Shown here in pieces: positions 30,929 to 41,845 of a stretch of DNA of 64,000 nt. The first letter of the stretch is position 1. Each line of letters starts with the position of its first letter. The translations under genes were made by a program, and so were the position numbers. The DNA is from an uncultured Alphaproteobacteria bacterium (lineage in GTDB: Bacteria; Pseudomonadota; Alphaproteobacteria; Rhodobacterales; Rhodobacteraceae). The notes beneath the pieces were generated by a model, which saw only the letters and a program-made list of their open reading frames with translations, made no database searches and was not told where the DNA came from. Where the stretch lies: NCBI GenBank assembly GCA_942490805.1, contig CALNYU010000008.1:192451-256450 (forward strand), read 5' to 3'.

Positions 30929-31312
30929 ATGGAAAAAGACCCCTCTTTCAATGTACTTGGCAGCACGCTGGCACCCTGCTCAACCGATCCCATGACGGGG
31001 TTCTTTCGCAATGGCGCCTGCGACACCTGTGCGACCGATCATGGCAGCCACACAGTTTGCGCCGTCATGACGGATGAATTTCTGGCATTTTCGAAATATG
31101 TGGGCAACGACCTGAGCACACCACGGCCAGAGTTCGGCTTTCCGGGATTAAAGGCAGGCGATGGCTGGTGCCTCTGCGCGAGCCGGTTTCTACAAGCCCA
31201 CGAAGAAGGCTGTGCGCCACAGGTCAACCTGCATGCAACCCATGTGCGGGCGCTGGAAATCGTGCCGATCGACGTTTTGCATATGAACGCTGCGCCCGAT
31301 CTTGAAAGCTGA
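30929..31312 (+). CDS. DUF2237 family protein
   Basis: NVLG..CSTDPMTGFFRNG.C, GNDLSTP, WCLCA. Confidence 0.9.
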   Translation: MEKDPSFNVLGSTLAPCSTDPMTGFFRNGACDTCATDHGSHTVCAVMTDEFLAFSKYVGNDLSTPRPEFGFPGLKAGDGWCLCASRFLQAHEEGCAPQVNLHATHVRALEIVPIDVLHMNAAPDLES

Positions 31313-31792
31313 TCAGGCCTTGGCCATCAGATCATCCACAAACAGGCTTAGAAGCTGGGTGCGCCCACTGACGCCCGCCTTGCGGTAAATTGCATTGGTC
31401 TGGGCCTTGATGGTGCCCTCGCTCACCTCGCGCAGGCCCGCAATCTCTTGGGTCGACATGCCCTTGAGCGCAAACAATGCAACATCACGCTCAGCGGGGG
31501 TCAGCTCCCACCTGCAGAACCGTTCTTCCAGCACCTCCATAAAGGCACCTGACGCCAACCGAAGCTGATCTTCAACGACCGCATTGCGCGCCATCGTGCG
31601 GCGCAACGTGAACCAGCCAAAACCAACGCCAAGAAGCAGGCCAAGGGCGGCCCCGAGTTCCACCAGCTCATAAAGTTGCCAACTGAGCGGGGCGATGCCG
31701 AGCATTGACGCAAGAATACGCGACACAAAAAAGATGGCACAAAGAAACTGCACCATCACGACTGCTAGAATGGCCCACTGACCTTTGAACAA
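31313..31792 (-). CDS. Membrane-anchored LuxR-type HTH regulator
   Basis: Two N-terminal TMs, LTPAERDVALFALKGMSTQEIA..SEGTIKAQ..IYRKAGV; TTG start with AAGGA RBS. Confidence 0.88.
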   Translation of the reverse strand: MFKGQWAILAVVMVQFLCAIFFVSRILASMLGIAPLSWQLYELVELGAALGLLLGVGFGWFTLRRTMARNAVVEDQLRLASGAFMEVLEERFCRWELTPAERDVALFALKGMSTQEIAGLREVSEGTIKAQTNAIYRKAGVSGRTQLLSLFVDDLMAKA

Positions 31793-31817
31793 ATGAGCTT
31801 CCTTTGGTCAGAGCGGA

Positions 31818-32274
31818 CTAGTCATCATCATCATCGCTGTCGCGGTCATTGTCGTCGTCATCATCATCATCATCATCATCGTCATCATCGTCGTCGTCGT
31901 CGTCATCATCATCATCATCGTCGTCGGTCATCGTCGTCGTCGTCATCGTCATCGTCGTCATCGTCGTTCGAACGTGTAGAAGAACTCGAGTCGTCAGAGC
32001 CACCGGGATTGAAAAGACGCGGACCATCATCGTCGTCATCCTCACGCCAGTAGTCACGCAAGATTTCACCAGTTTGCGGATTGAAAACAAGCTCACGGCG
32101 TAAATCATCACGGCGTGCGATAACGCGCACACGGCCAAGCCAGGTGCGTTGCAATGTGATCTCGGAAAAACCCTGATCGCGCAGCTGTGAGACGATCTGA
32201 TCCTGCACAGATTGCGCCGACGCGAACTGCGGTGCGCCCGCAAGTGCGACGCAAATCACAACTTTCTTCAGCAT
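31818..32274 (-). CDS. Exported PepSY-like protein with a very long poly-Asp tail (one extra base at 31926)
   Basis: Signal peptide, QLRDQGFSEI..RTWLGRVRV..RELVFNPQTGEILRD, then 13+25 Asp codons separated by a single extra nucleotide. Confidence 0.75.
31822..31965. repeat. Low-complexity (GAY)n trinucleotide tract
   Basis: Mixed GTC/ATC triplets on + strand (GAC/GAT on - strand). Confidence 0.95.
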
Positions 32275-32484
32275 GGAAAAGCCTCCCATTGCAGTTTGAG
32301 CATCTCTTGTTCGTGCGACATTGCGAACCTCTTAACCGATCACCAACACAAGCCAGACAGCGGCATGCGCCGTGACATGTTCAATATGCCCGCCCAAATG
32401 GGTCTGGTATATTGATAATGAGTTTAATCAGACCGCCGTAAACCGCATAAAGCGTTCCTAAACCAAAGTTTAGGCCCGCCCCGC

Positions 32485-33711
32485 CTATGCCTTCATGTCA
32501 AAACCAAGGTGTTTGGCCACCGTGAAGATGTCTTTGTCCCCGCGACCGCACATATTCATAACCAGCAAGTGATCTTTTGGCAGATCAGGGGCGATCTTCA
32601 TCACATGGGCAAGGGCATGGGATGGCTCAAGTGCCGGAATAATACCTTCAAGCGCACAGGAAAGCTGGAACGCCTCCAAGGCCTCAACATCGGTAATCGC
32701 CACATATTGCGCGCGCCCGATGTCGTGCAGCCAGGCATGCTCCGGCCCGATACCCGGATAATCGAGACCCGCTGAAATGCTGAAGCCCTCAAGGATCTGG
32801 CCCACATCATCCTGCAACAAATAGGTGCGGTTACCGTGCAGCACGCCCGGGCGGCCACCGGTCAGCGACGCGCAGTGCTCCATCTTGGCATTCACGCCTT
32901 TGCCGCCGGCCTCAACACCGATGATGTTGACCTCTTTGTCGTCAAGGAAAGGGTAAAACAGGCCCATCGCATTCGACCCGCCGCCAATGGCGGCGATCAG
33001 CGTGTCCGGCAGACGGCCCTCTGCTTCTTGCATTTGTTCTTTGGTTTCCTGACCGATGATGGCCTGAAAATCACGCACCATCGCAGGGTAAGGGTGCGGA
33101 CCGGCCACGGTGCCGATGCAATAGAACGTGTCGCGTACGTTGGTCACCCAATCGCGCAGCGCATCATTCATCGCATCCTTCAGGGTGCCACGACCGGACG
33201 TCACCGCCACCACCTCAGCGCCCAGCAGGCGCATGCGGAACACGTTGGGGGCCTGACGCTCGACATCATGCGCGCCCATGTAGACCACGCATTTCAGGCC
33301 GAATTTCGCACACACAGTGGCCGTCGCAACACCGTGCTGGCCTGCACCTGTTTCGGCGATAATACGGGTCTTGCCCATGCGGCGGGCCAGAATGATCTGG
33401 CCCAGCACGTTGTTGATCTTATGCGCGCCGGTGTGGTTCAGCTCATCGCGCTTCATATAAATTTTTGCACCACCCAGATGCTCTGTCAGGCGCTCGGCAT
33501 GATACAGCGGGCTGGGGCGGCCGACATAGTGGGTCCACAGATCGTGCATCTCGGCCCAGAAGGTCTCATCCGTTTTGGCGTGCTCGTACTGCGCTTCCAA
33601 CTCAAGGATCAGCGGCATCAATGTCTCGGACACAAAGCGCCCGCCGAAATCGCCGAAACGGCCCTTTTCATCGGGACCGGTCATGAAACTGTTGAAGAGA
33701 TCGTTGGCCAT
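32485..33711 (-). CDS. trpB: Tryptophan synthase beta subunit
   Basis: [14 protein letters not shown] lysine, [16 protein letters not shown]. Confidence 0.98.
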   Translation of the reverse strand: MANDLFNSFMTGPDEKGRFGDFGGRFVSETLMPLILELEAQYEHAKTDETFWAEMHDLWTHYVGRPSPLYHAERLTEHLGGAKIYMKRDELNHTGAHKINNVLGQIILARRMGKTRIIAETGAGQHGVATATVCAKFGLKCVVYMGAHDVERQAPNVFRMRLLGAEVVAVTSGRGTLKDAMNDALRDWVTNVRDTFYCIGTVAGPHPYPAMVRDFQAIIGQETKEQMQEAEGRLPDTLIAAIGGGSNAMGLFYPFLDDKEVNIIGVEAGGKGVNAKMEHCASLTGGRPGVLHGNRTYLLQDDVGQILEGFSISAGLDYPGIGPEHAWLHDIGRAQYVAITDVEALEAFQLSCALEGIIPALEPSHALAHVMKIAPDLPKDHLLVMNMCGRGDKDIFTVAKHLGFDMKA

Positions 33712-33833
33712 GGGACACCTGCTTTATTTGTGCCTGTCAGACCTAGCCAATCTTGGGTTGATGGTAAAGCGTCGAAGCTGCCGCAGGTGCTGCCCCCAAT
33801 GCCACATTCTGCCGTGACACAGTAAACGCCGCT

Positions 33834-34481
33834 TTAATCCGCCTGAGCCGCCGCACAAAAGGCCGCGATCAGCGCGGGATCTTTCACGCCGGGTGCCGAT
33901 TCGACACCCGAAGAAACATCAACCTGAGCGGCCCCCGTCAGCGCAATCGCCTCGCCCACCGTGTCTGGTGTCAAACCACCGGCCAGCATCCACGGGACCG
34001 GCCAGCGGCGCCCCGCGATCAGGCGCCAATCAAACGAAAGCCCATTCCCACCCGGCAAATCCGCATCTTTGGGGGGCTTGGCATCTACAAGGATCTGATC
34101 CGCGACACGGGCGTAGCTGTCTAACGCGGCCAGATCGCTTTCATCGGCAACCCCCACGGCCTTCATCACAGGCAGACCGTAGCGTGCGCGTATCTCGGCC
34201 ACACGTTCCGGTGTTTCGTGTCCATGTAATTGCAGAATATCAATCGGGACATTTGCGGTGATATCATCAAGCAGGGCGTCATCTGCATCGACCACCAAAG
34301 CAACCTTGGCGACACCGGGCGGGACAGCCAACGCCAGCGTCGCAGCCTCTGCAATTGTCACATTGCGGGGGGATTTGGGAAAGAACACGAGCCCGACATA
34401 GGCAGCGCCCGCATCTACAGCCGCTTGCACTGCGGCAACATCACGAAGCCCGCAAATCTTGACCCGTGTCTGAAGCGGCAT
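33834..34481 (-). CDS. trpF: Phosphoribosylanthranilate isomerase
   Basis: [25 protein letters not shown]. Confidence 0.96.
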   Translation of the reverse strand: MPLQTRVKICGLRDVAAVQAAVDAGAAYVGLVFFPKSPRNVTIAEAATLALAVPPGVAKVALVVDADDALLDDITANVPIDILQLHGHETPERVAEIRARYGLPVMKAVGVADESDLAALDSYARVADQILVDAKPPKDADLPGGNGLSFDWRLIAGRRWPVPWMLAGGLTPDTVGEAIALTGAAQVDVSSGVESAPGVKDPALIAAFCAAAQAD

Positions 34482-34837
34482 CAGCCAGTCTTTTCAAGAA
34501 GCGCCAGTACGTCATCGCCGTTTGTGCCACCCGTCGCAGCACCGCGCAGTTGCGCCACCTCGCGCTTCAGCGCTTCGACCTCACGTGCTTTGCCGCGTGC
34601 CTCGGAACGGATGCGATGCTCACGGACCCATTCCCAAAGGAACCCGATCATCAGACCCGCACCGACTGCGATAAAGATCACAACAAACAACGGCAGTTGG
34701 ATATCGGGCGACAGGCCCAGCAAATCGCCCACTGCCTCTGGCATGGCGCGCACGGTCACGAGATCACGATTGGCAAGGCCAATCAGGATAAGACACAGGC
34801 CCACAATGGCCCAAAATGAATAGCGAATGGTTTTCAT
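34481..34837 (-). CDS. LapA-domain membrane protein
   Basis: Two TMs with ANR..V, coiled tail; conserved position after ihfB. Confidence 0.8.
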   Translation of the reverse strand: MKTIRYSFWAIVGLCLILIGLANRDLVTVRAMPEAVGDLLGLSPDIQLPLFVVIFIAVGAGLMIGFLWEWVREHRIRSEARGKAREVEALKREVAQLRGAATGGTNGDDVLALLEKTG

Positions 34838-34921
34838 GGATTAAGCATACCGCAGATCATCGGCGCGGTGAACTGCAATTCCGCGTCCGGCGTTTCAATT
34901 ATGTAAAAGCCCTGTGAAGGT

Positions 34922-35203
34922 CTAGTTGCCGTTCAGACGATCGCGCAGCAATTTGCCCGTCTTGAAGAACGGCACGTGTTTTTCTTCAACTTCCACCGCT
35001 TCACCCGTCCGAGGGTTGCGGCCGATCCGCTGGTCACGTTTCTTGACAGAAAATGCCCCGAACCCGCGCAGCTCAACCCGGTCACCACGCGCCATCGCTT
35101 CGATGATCTCTTCAAAAATCGTATTCACAATTTTCTCAACGTCGCGTTGATAAAGATGCGGGTTCTCGTCGGCGAGTTTCTGGATCAGTTCGGAACGGAT
35201 CAT
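34922..35203 (-). CDS. ihfB: Integration host factor beta
   Basis: [32 protein letters not shown]. Confidence 0.97.
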   Translation of the reverse strand: MIRSELIQKLADENPHLYQRDVEKIVNTIFEEIIEAMARGDRVELRGFGAFSVKKRDQRIGRNPRTGEAVEVEEKHVPFFKTGKLLRDRLNGN

Positions 35204-35442
35204 AATTTGGCCTCCCAACCAGTAAGCGGACACATGGCAGCAGGTTTGTTCCCGCTTTTCAAACGACTATAGGCATATTGTGGCGTCGAAGAAATACCGC
35301 GATTGCGGCGTTTTTGCCTATTTACGCCGCCAAGACCACACCAACCGCCCAGAATTGCGGCCTTTTTGGCCAATGCGAAAGCCTCAGCTTGGGAATGGCC
35401 CGGTGTCACGGCCCCAGCGATTCGCAGTTGAACCACCCGATT

Positions 35443-36210
35443 TCAGTCTTTCTGGTGCCGGATGAACGGCGTGTAAGAAGGCCGGTCGGCGCGGAGCCGC
35501 CCGTCTTGGTCAAAGTCACTGTCGGCGTTGAAGGCCAGACGGGGGCGTTGCTCAAAACCGGCAATCACCGCATCCTGCCCTGCCAGCACCGCCTGCAAAC
35601 GGCGCTGCAAATCTGCCGCGTCCTGCCCCTCATGGTACCCGTGCACGCCATGCACTGTCACAGGCTGCAAAACGGCGAAGCCAAGATAACGCAGCGTATA
35701 GGCCACCGGCCACAGCAACAGCGCGAGATCACCCTCTTTGCCGTTGAAATCACATTCCGCGTCCTTCGCCCCCGTCGTGACGCAAAACAAAGCGGTCTTG
35801 TCCGAACAAAGCCCCGCATCAAAGCGCGCGTCTACTCTGTGCAACTCACCATGCACCAAGACGCGTTCAAACCAGCCCTTCAAGATCGCAGGTGGCGAAA
35901 ACCACCAGATCGGGAAGTGAAAGATAATACGGTCCGCCCGCCTGACCTTGGCAATCTCGGCCTGCACATCATCTGGAAGCACGCCCTTGGCGGCAGATTG
36001 CTCTTGCACCTTGAGGGGATCAAAAGGGGTGTCCGTGGGCCAATCTGCATAATGATGCGGCCCCTCGACCGGATCAAAACCCAGCGCATAAAGATCCGAG
36101 ACAAGCACCTCATGGCCTGCGTCCTTTGCCGCCTGAACAGTGGCATCGGCCCATGCCGCATTGAACGAACGCCGGTCAGGATGCGCGAGAACAACAAGTG
36201 TGGTGGGCAT
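35443..36210 (-). CDS. NAD(P)H-dependent flavodoxin-fold oxidoreductase (quinone reductase/KefF-like)
   Basis: AHPDRRSFN, FPIWWFSPPAILKGWFERV. Confidence 0.88.
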   Translation of the reverse strand: MPTTLVVLAHPDRRSFNAAWADATVQAAKDAGHEVLVSDLYALGFDPVEGPHHYADWPTDTPFDPLKVQEQSAAKGVLPDDVQAEIAKVRRADRIIFHFPIWWFSPPAILKGWFERVLVHGELHRVDARFDAGLCSDKTALFCVTTGAKDAECDFNGKEGDLALLLWPVAYTLRYLGFAVLQPVTVHGVHGYHEGQDAADLQRRLQAVLAGQDAVIAGFEQRPRLAFNADSDFDQDGRLRADRPSYTPFIRHQKD

Positions 36211-36285
36211 GTCGAAAACTCCGTTCTGGATGCGCCTCAAGGGAATACGCGCGAACAACAAAGGATGTCTAGAAGCGGCCCACAA

Positions 36286-36322
36286 AACGAAGAACCCCCG
36301 CCGCAGTCTCCTGCGGCGGGGG
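36286..36322 (-). terminator. Rho-independent terminator after rpsA
   Basis: CCCCCGCCGCAG-GAGA-CTGCGGCGGGGG then TTCTTCGTTTT on the - strand. Confidence 0.75.
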
Positions 36323-36352
36323 CCCAATTCTTCAAAGGCAAAGGCCTAAGGC

Positions 36353-38027
36353 TTATTCGTCGCCCTTCAGAGCCGCACCAAGGATATCACCCAAGGATGC
36401 GCCGGAGTCAGATGAACCATACTGCTCAACTGCTTCTTTCTCTTCTGCGATCTCGCGTGCCTTGATCGACAGACCCAGCTTGCGGGTCTTGCTGTCGATG
36501 TTGGTCACACGCACGTCAACCTTGTCGCCAACGCCGAAACGCTCAGGGCGCTGCTCGGCACGGTCACGGGACAGATCGGAACGACGGATGAAGGATTTTG
36601 CACCCTCATAGTCAACTTCGATGCCGCCGTCTTCGATCTTGGTCACTTCAACAGTGATGACCGAACCACGCTTTCACGCCGCCAACAGCTTCTGCGAACG
36701 GATCACCGTCGAGCGCCTTGATCGAGAGCGAGATACGCTCTTTCTCGACGTCAACTTCGGCCACTTTCGCACGCACCATGTCACCCTTGCGGAAATCACC
36801 GATGACGTCTTCGCCGCGGCCTTCCCATGTCAGGTCAGACAGGTGAACCATGCCGTCGATGTCGCCTTCGAGGCCAACAAACAGACCGAATTCGGTGATG
36901 TTCTTGACTTCGCCTTCAACTTCGGTGCCCTCAGGATGTGTCTCGGCAAAGACTTCCCATGGGTTACGCTGTGTCTGCTTGAGGCCAAGGGAAACGCGAC
37001 GCTTCGCAGAATCGATTTCCAGAACCATGACTTCGACTTCCTGCGAAGTAGAAACGATCTTGCCGGGGTGTACGTTCTTCTTTGTCCAGGACATTTCGGA
37101 CACGTGAACCAGACCTTCAACACCGGCTTCCAGCTCAACAAATGCGCCGTAATCGGTGATGTTGGTCACACGACCCTGATGCACGGAACCAAGCGAGAAC
37201 TTGGCTTCAACCGCATCCCATGGATCGTCCTGCAGCTGCTTCATGCCAAGGCTGATACGGTGGGTTTCTTTGTTGATCTTGATGACCTGCACCTTGATCG
37301 TCTCACCGATTGTGAGGATCTCGGATGGGTGGTTCACACGGCGCCATGCCATGTCTGTGACGTGCAACAGACCGTCAACACCGCCCAGATCAACGAACGC
37401 ACCGTATTCGGTGATGTTCTTGACGACGCCGTCAACTTCCTGGCCTTCGGTCAGGTTGCCGATGACTTCGGCGCGCTGCTCGGCACGTGATTCTTCAAGG
37501 ATCGCACGACGCGATACAACGATGTTGCCACGACGACGGTCCATTTTCAGGATCTGGAATGGCTGCTTGAGACCCATCAACGGGCCTGCATCACGCACAG
37601 GGCGGACATCAACCTGAGAGCCCGGCAAGAACGCAACAGCGCCGCCAAGGTCCACAGTGAAACCACCTTTGACGCGGCCAAAGATCGCGCCATCAACGCG
37701 CTCTTCGTCAGCATAGGCTTTTTCCAGACGATCCCAGGCTTCTTCACGGCGCGCCATCTCGCGAGAGATAACAGCTTCGCCGCGGGCGTTTTCAACCTGA
37801 CGCAGGAACACTTCAACAGTGTCACCAACGGCGATTTCAGCCTCTTCACCGGGATTTGCGAATTCTTTAATATCAACGCGGCCTTCCATCTTGTAGCCTA
37901 CGTCGATGATGGCTTGGCCCGCTTCGATTGCGATGACTTTGCCTTTGACAACAGACCCTTCGGCGGGCGTGTCCATTTCGAAGCTTTCGTTCAAGAGTGC
38001 TTCAAACTCTTCCATTGAATTAGCCAT
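36353..38027 (-). CDS. rpsA: 30S ribosomal protein S1 (apparent +1 indel at 36672-36674, likely sequencing error)
   Basis: Repeated S1 domains; VK-RGSVITVEVTK restored by deleting one A from AAA. Confidence 0.95.
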
Positions 38028-38205
38028 GTGGCGTCGTTTTCCTAACGTTTGGTTTTATACGGGCCGTGCGGTTGTCTCCGCCGGTCTTTTGGGTTTCGGT
38101 TGGTCATTCGCATCATCCACGGAACATAAAACAACAGGGCCGGTTCATCACCGACCCCGCTCAAGTCTCACGTCCGCGCCTGTTTCGACACTTCGACAGG
38201 GCGGC

Positions 38206-38234
38206 ATATAGGCGGTTTTTTTCAAGTTTGCAAG
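38206..38234 (-). promoter_or_regulatory. Probable rpsA promoter with a long (~170 nt) leader
   Basis: CTTG-N18-CCTATAT on the - strand. Confidence 0.5.
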
Positions 38235-38271
38235 GGGTTTCCCGCCAATGAGAACGCTGCTGCCAAATCGG

Positions 38272-38898
38272 CTAAAGCGCCGCCAAGGCCTCCTGTGCGG
38301 CCTTAAAATACGCCCCGACCTGCGCGCCATCCACCAGCGCGTGATGCACCTCCAGCGTCATGGCCATCTCCCACTGGCCGCCACGCTCCACAAACTTGCC
38401 CCATGTTACCCGCGGGATGCAGTCATCCGGCCCCGGCAGCGCGTTGTTGATCGCCGTGTAATCCAGCCACGGCATGCAGGACAGATAGGCCAGATCGTCA
38501 CGCTCGCCGCTGTTGGCCCGCAGGACACCGCCCGCCTTGACCTCATTGATCAGTTCCACCGCTTGCGCGTCGAAGGCTGCGAAGTCGGCGATCCACGGTA
38601 CATAGCCATAGCCAAAGCTGCCCGCATCGGTCGGCACCGTCATCGAAAGCGTCACCATATCATGGGCCACCACCACATCGCCGCGAAAGCGCATGCAAAG
38701 CTCCGGCACCGCATGCAGCCCTGCCCCAATCGCATAAAGACAGGCCCGATAGGCCGAGATGCCCTTGGTCTTGCGCTGCATCAGGCGGGTCACGTCCAGC
38801 CGGCTGGTCGTGGCGTAATGCGGCTGCGCATAAGTTTTGAAGAAATGAAACTGTGCTGCGCGCGGCCAGGTTTCCAGGTCGATAATACGTTCTGCCAT
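38272..38898 (-). CDS. Type A chloramphenicol acetyltransferase-like O-acetyltransferase
   Basis: IDLETWPR..F.FF, LSCMPWLDYT, IPRVTWGKF, EVHHALVDG catalytic motif. Confidence 0.85.
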   Translation of the reverse strand: MAERIIDLETWPRAAQFHFFKTYAQPHYATTSRLDVTRLMQRKTKGISAYRACLYAIGAGLHAVPELCMRFRGDVVVAHDMVTLSMTVPTDAGSFGYGYVPWIADFAAFDAQAVELINEVKAGGVLRANSGERDDLAYLSCMPWLDYTAINNALPGPDDCIPRVTWGKFVERGGQWEMAMTLEVHHALVDGAQVGAYFKAAQEALAAL

Positions 38899-38942
38899 AC
38901 CGACAAAGTGGCAGAACCGGCTGGGCAACGCCAGCCTTTCCG

Positions 38943-39554
38943 TCAGGCCCCTTGTGCCGCGACAATCACGGCCACGGCCTGCGCCACCGCTTCTTCGATA
39001 GTCAGGTCCGAAGTATCCAACAGCATCGCATCCTTTGCTGGCACCAGCGGTGCCGTGGTCCGGTTGCTGTCGCGCGCGTCACGCTCTTTGACGTCGGCAA
39101 GCACAGTGTCATAGGTGGTCTCGACCCCCTTGCCCACCAACTCCTGAAACCGCCGTTCGGCGCGGCATTCGGGGCTTGCTGTGACAAACAGTTTCACATC
39201 CGCATCAGGGCAGATCACCGTCCCGATATCGCGCCCATCCAGCACAGCACCACCCGCCCGCGCGGCAAAGCTGCGCTGGAACGCCACAAGCGCCTCACGT
39301 ACCTCTGGGATCACAGCCACTTCGCTTGCGGCTTGGGCCACGGCAGAAGTACGCAGGTCGTCATTTTCCAGATCAACCGGATCAAGCGCGCGGGCCGCCG
39401 CAATCGGCGCGTCCCCCGCAATGACCTTGGCCCCAACAGCGCGGTACAAAAGCCCGGTATCCAGATGGGCAAAACCGAAATGCGCCGCAACCGCCTTGGA
39501 AATCGTCCCCTTCCCCGCTGCCGCAGGGCCATCAATAGCGACGATAAAGCTCAT
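38943..39554 (-). CDS. cmk: Cytidylate kinase
   Basis: [27 protein letters not shown]. Confidence 0.96.
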   Translation of the reverse strand: MSFIVAIDGPAAAGKGTISKAVAAHFGFAHLDTGLLYRAVGAKVIAGDAPIAAARALDPVDLENDDLRTSAVAQAASEVAVIPEVREALVAFQRSFAARAGGAVLDGRDIGTVICPDADVKLFVTASPECRAERRFQELVGKGVETTYDTVLADVKERDARDSNRTTAPLVPAKDAMLLDTSDLTIEEAVAQAVAVIVAAQGA

Positions 39555-40903
39555 GCCTCGGCCCGCACAATTTGCGCGCCCAACGCGCCCATCAGGTTCT
39601 CGAAAATCGGGAAAGAGGTGGCAATCGGGCTGCCATCATCGACGCTCATCGGCTTTTGCGTGGCCATGCCCATGACCATAAAGGCCATAGCGATGCGGTG
39701 GTCCAATTGGCTTGCCACAGTCACACCGCCCGGCACATTGCCATGGCCCAATCCGGTGACCTTCCACCAGTCAGGGCCCTCTTCCACGTCCACACCAGCA
39801 GCGCGCAGCCCCTTGGCCATCGCATCAATCCGGTCGCTTTCCTTGACGCGCAATTCCTTGACGCCCTGCATGTCGGTGACACCTTGCGCAAAAGCCGCCA
39901 CGACCGACAGCACAGGATATTCATCAATCATGCTCGCGGCACGGGCGGGCGGCACGGCAATCCCGCGCAGATTGGGCGAAAACTTCGCGCGCAGGTCGGC
40001 AACAGGCTCGCCCCCTTCTTCGCGCATGTTTTCATAAACCAGATCCGCGCCCATTTCCTGCAAGGTCGTGAACAGGCCAGCACGCGTCGGGTTCAACCCG
40101 ATATTGGGGACAAGCACATCCGACCCCGGCGTGATGATCGCCGCACATACCGGAAAAGCCGCCGAAGACGGATCGCGCGGGACAACAATGGTTTGCGCGA
40201 TCAACTCGGGCTGGCCATCCAGCGTAATGACCCGGCCCTCTTCGGTCTCCGTGACGGTCAAGGTCGCACCAAAACCCTGCAACATGCGCTCGGTATGATC
40301 ACGGGTCGCTTCTTTCTCGATCACAACGGTCTGGCCGGGTGCGTTCAGCCCTGCCAGCAAAACGGCCGATTTCACCTGCGCCGAAGGGACTGGCACAACA
40401 TAACGCACGGGCACAGGATCAGCGGCCCCCACCAAGGTCATGGGCAAACGACCGCCCGCACGACCGACGGCCTGCGTCCCAAACAGCGCCAGCGGATCAG
40501 TGACCCGTCCCATCGGACGGCTATTAAGTGACGCATCCCCCGTGTAAGTCACGGTAATTGGCGAGGTCGCCGCAGCACCCATAATCAACCGCACGCCAGT
40601 ACCGGAATTGCCGCAATCAATCACGTGGTCAGGTTCAGCAAACCCGCCAACACCCACACCAGTGACGCTCCACGCACCGCCACCATGGTTGGTCACAGTC
40701 GCCCCAAACGCCTGCATCGCCTTGGCGGTATCCAGCACGTCCTCACCTTCAAGCAGGCCCGTGATGCGCGTCTCACCAATACACATCGCGCCCAAAATCA
40801 GCGACCGATGCGAAATCGACTTGTCGCCGGGCACATGCGCCTCACCCTGCAAAGGGCCACACGGGCGTGAGGTCATAGGGATCGGGGTGCCGTGACCGGA
40901 CAT
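39551..40903 (-). CDS. aroA: EPSP synthase
   Basis: [36 protein letters not shown]. Confidence 0.97.
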   Translation of the reverse strand: MSGHGTPIPMTSRPCGPLQGEAHVPGDKSISHRSLILGAMCIGETRITGLLEGEDVLDTAKAMQAFGATVTNHGGGAWSVTGVGVGGFAEPDHVIDCGNSGTGVRLIMGAAATSPITVTYTGDASLNSRPMGRVTDPLALFGTQAVGRAGGRLPMTLVGAADPVPVRYVVPVPSAQVKSAVLLAGLNAPGQTVVIEKEATRDHTERMLQGFGATLTVTETEEGRVITLDGQPELIAQTIVVPRDPSSAAFPVCAAIITPGSDVLVPNIGLNPTRAGLFTTLQEMGADLVYENMREEGGEPVADLRAKFSPNLRGIAVPPARAASMIDEYPVLSVVAAFAQGVTDMQGVKELRVKESDRIDAMAKGLRAAGVDVEEGPDWWKVTGLGHGNVPGGVTVASQLDHRIAMAFMVMGMATQKPMSVDDGSPIATSFPIFENLMGALGAQIVRAEA

Positions 40904-41009
40904 GAGAAATTCCTTCTTAATTCAAACGCTAGATAACGCAGGCCCAAAGCCGCGTCCATCGCCCCGCCCTTCATCTTGCCCAAAAAACTCCCCCCGGAGG
41001 GTCCGGCCC

Positions 41010-41723
41010 TTACACGCGGCGGAAGGTCAGATAATGAGGTGTCCGGCCTTCACGCAGGGCCTTTTGCTCATAGCGGGTCGACACCCAGTCACCCCAAGGC
41101 TCACGCCAATCGCTGGGGCCTTCGGCCAGCCACTCAAACCCATGGGCAGGCACCTGCTCCAAGGTCTGGCGGACATAGTCCGTGATATCCGTGGCCACCC
41201 GCAACTCGGCACCGGGTTTCATCACACGGTGCAAAGGGGCCAGATGTTCGGGGGTGACGAACCGCCTGCGGTGATGGCGCTTTTTAGGCCAAGGGTCAGG
41301 GTAATTCAGAAACACTTTTGACAGCGTCGCATCAGGCAGAACGTCAAATAAATCACGCACGTCACCCGGGTGGACGCGCAGATTTGACACCTCGGCCTTG
41401 CGGATTTTACCCAACAACATGGCCACACCGTTAATAAACGGCTCACAGCCGATCAACCCGATCTGAGGATAGGTCTCGGCCATATGGACCAAATGCTCGC
41501 CGCCACCAAACCCGATCTCGAGCCAAACGTCCTTGCCCTCAAAGAGCGTTTCCAGATCAAGGGCGGTCCGGTCGGGGTTCTCTTCCCAGCTGATGGGACC
41601 GGGCGATAAAGGGGCCAGATCATTTTCAAGATAGTCATGCTGGGCCGCACGGATCGTCTTGCCACGAAAGCGGCCGTAGAAATTGCGCCAAGGGGCGCCC
41701 GAAGGATGATTGGTTTTGCTCAT
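41010..41723 (-). CDS. trmB: tRNA (guanine-N7)-methyltransferase
   Basis: LEIGFGGGEH, YPDPWPKKRHHRRR, TRYEQKA. Confidence 0.96.
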   Translation of the reverse strand: MSKTNHPSGAPWRNFYGRFRGKTIRAAQHDYLENDLAPLSPGPISWEENPDRTALDLETLFEGKDVWLEIGFGGGEHLVHMAETYPQIGLIGCEPFINGVAMLLGKIRKAEVSNLRVHPGDVRDLFDVLPDATLSKVFLNYPDPWPKKRHHRRRFVTPEHLAPLHRVMKPGAELRVATDITDYVRQTLEQVPAHGFEWLAEGPSDWREPWGDWVSTRYEQKALREGRTPHYLTFRRV

Positions 41724-41761
41724 AGGCGGGGCTTTAGCAAGCGCGTGCGCATTGCGCAATC

Positions 41762-41787
41762 GGCGGGTGGATCAAGATCCACCCTAC
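41762..41787. repeat. REP-like palindrome copy 2 (GTAG end on - strand)
   Basis: GGCGGGTGGATC-AA-GATCCACCCTAC. Confidence 0.8.
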
Positions 41788-41814
41788 ATGCCCCGCGCAA
41801 ATCCGGCAAAAAAC

Positions 41815-41840
41815 GTAAGGTGGGTTTTAACCCACCCTAC
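41815..41840. repeat. REP-like palindrome copy 3 (variant stem)
   Basis: GTAAGGTGGGTT-TT-AACCCACCCTAC. Confidence 0.8.
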
Positions 41841-41845
41841 CGTGT

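Noticed and set aside
31793..32103. Poly-His/poly-Ser ORFs on the + strand (possible metal-binding peptide)
   Set aside because: Alternative readings of the (GAY)n tract; the - strand frame has a signal peptide, RBS and folded domain.
36648..36680. Frameshift in rpsA as programmed frameshifting or a pseudogene
   Set aside because: Essential gene; one extra A in a short homopolymer restores the frame, and similar single-base indels recur in unrelated genes, indicating read/assembly error.
38028..38205. Structured RNA in the rpsA leader
   Set aside because: Long leader with some hairpins, but no specific RNA family can be supported without a covariance search.
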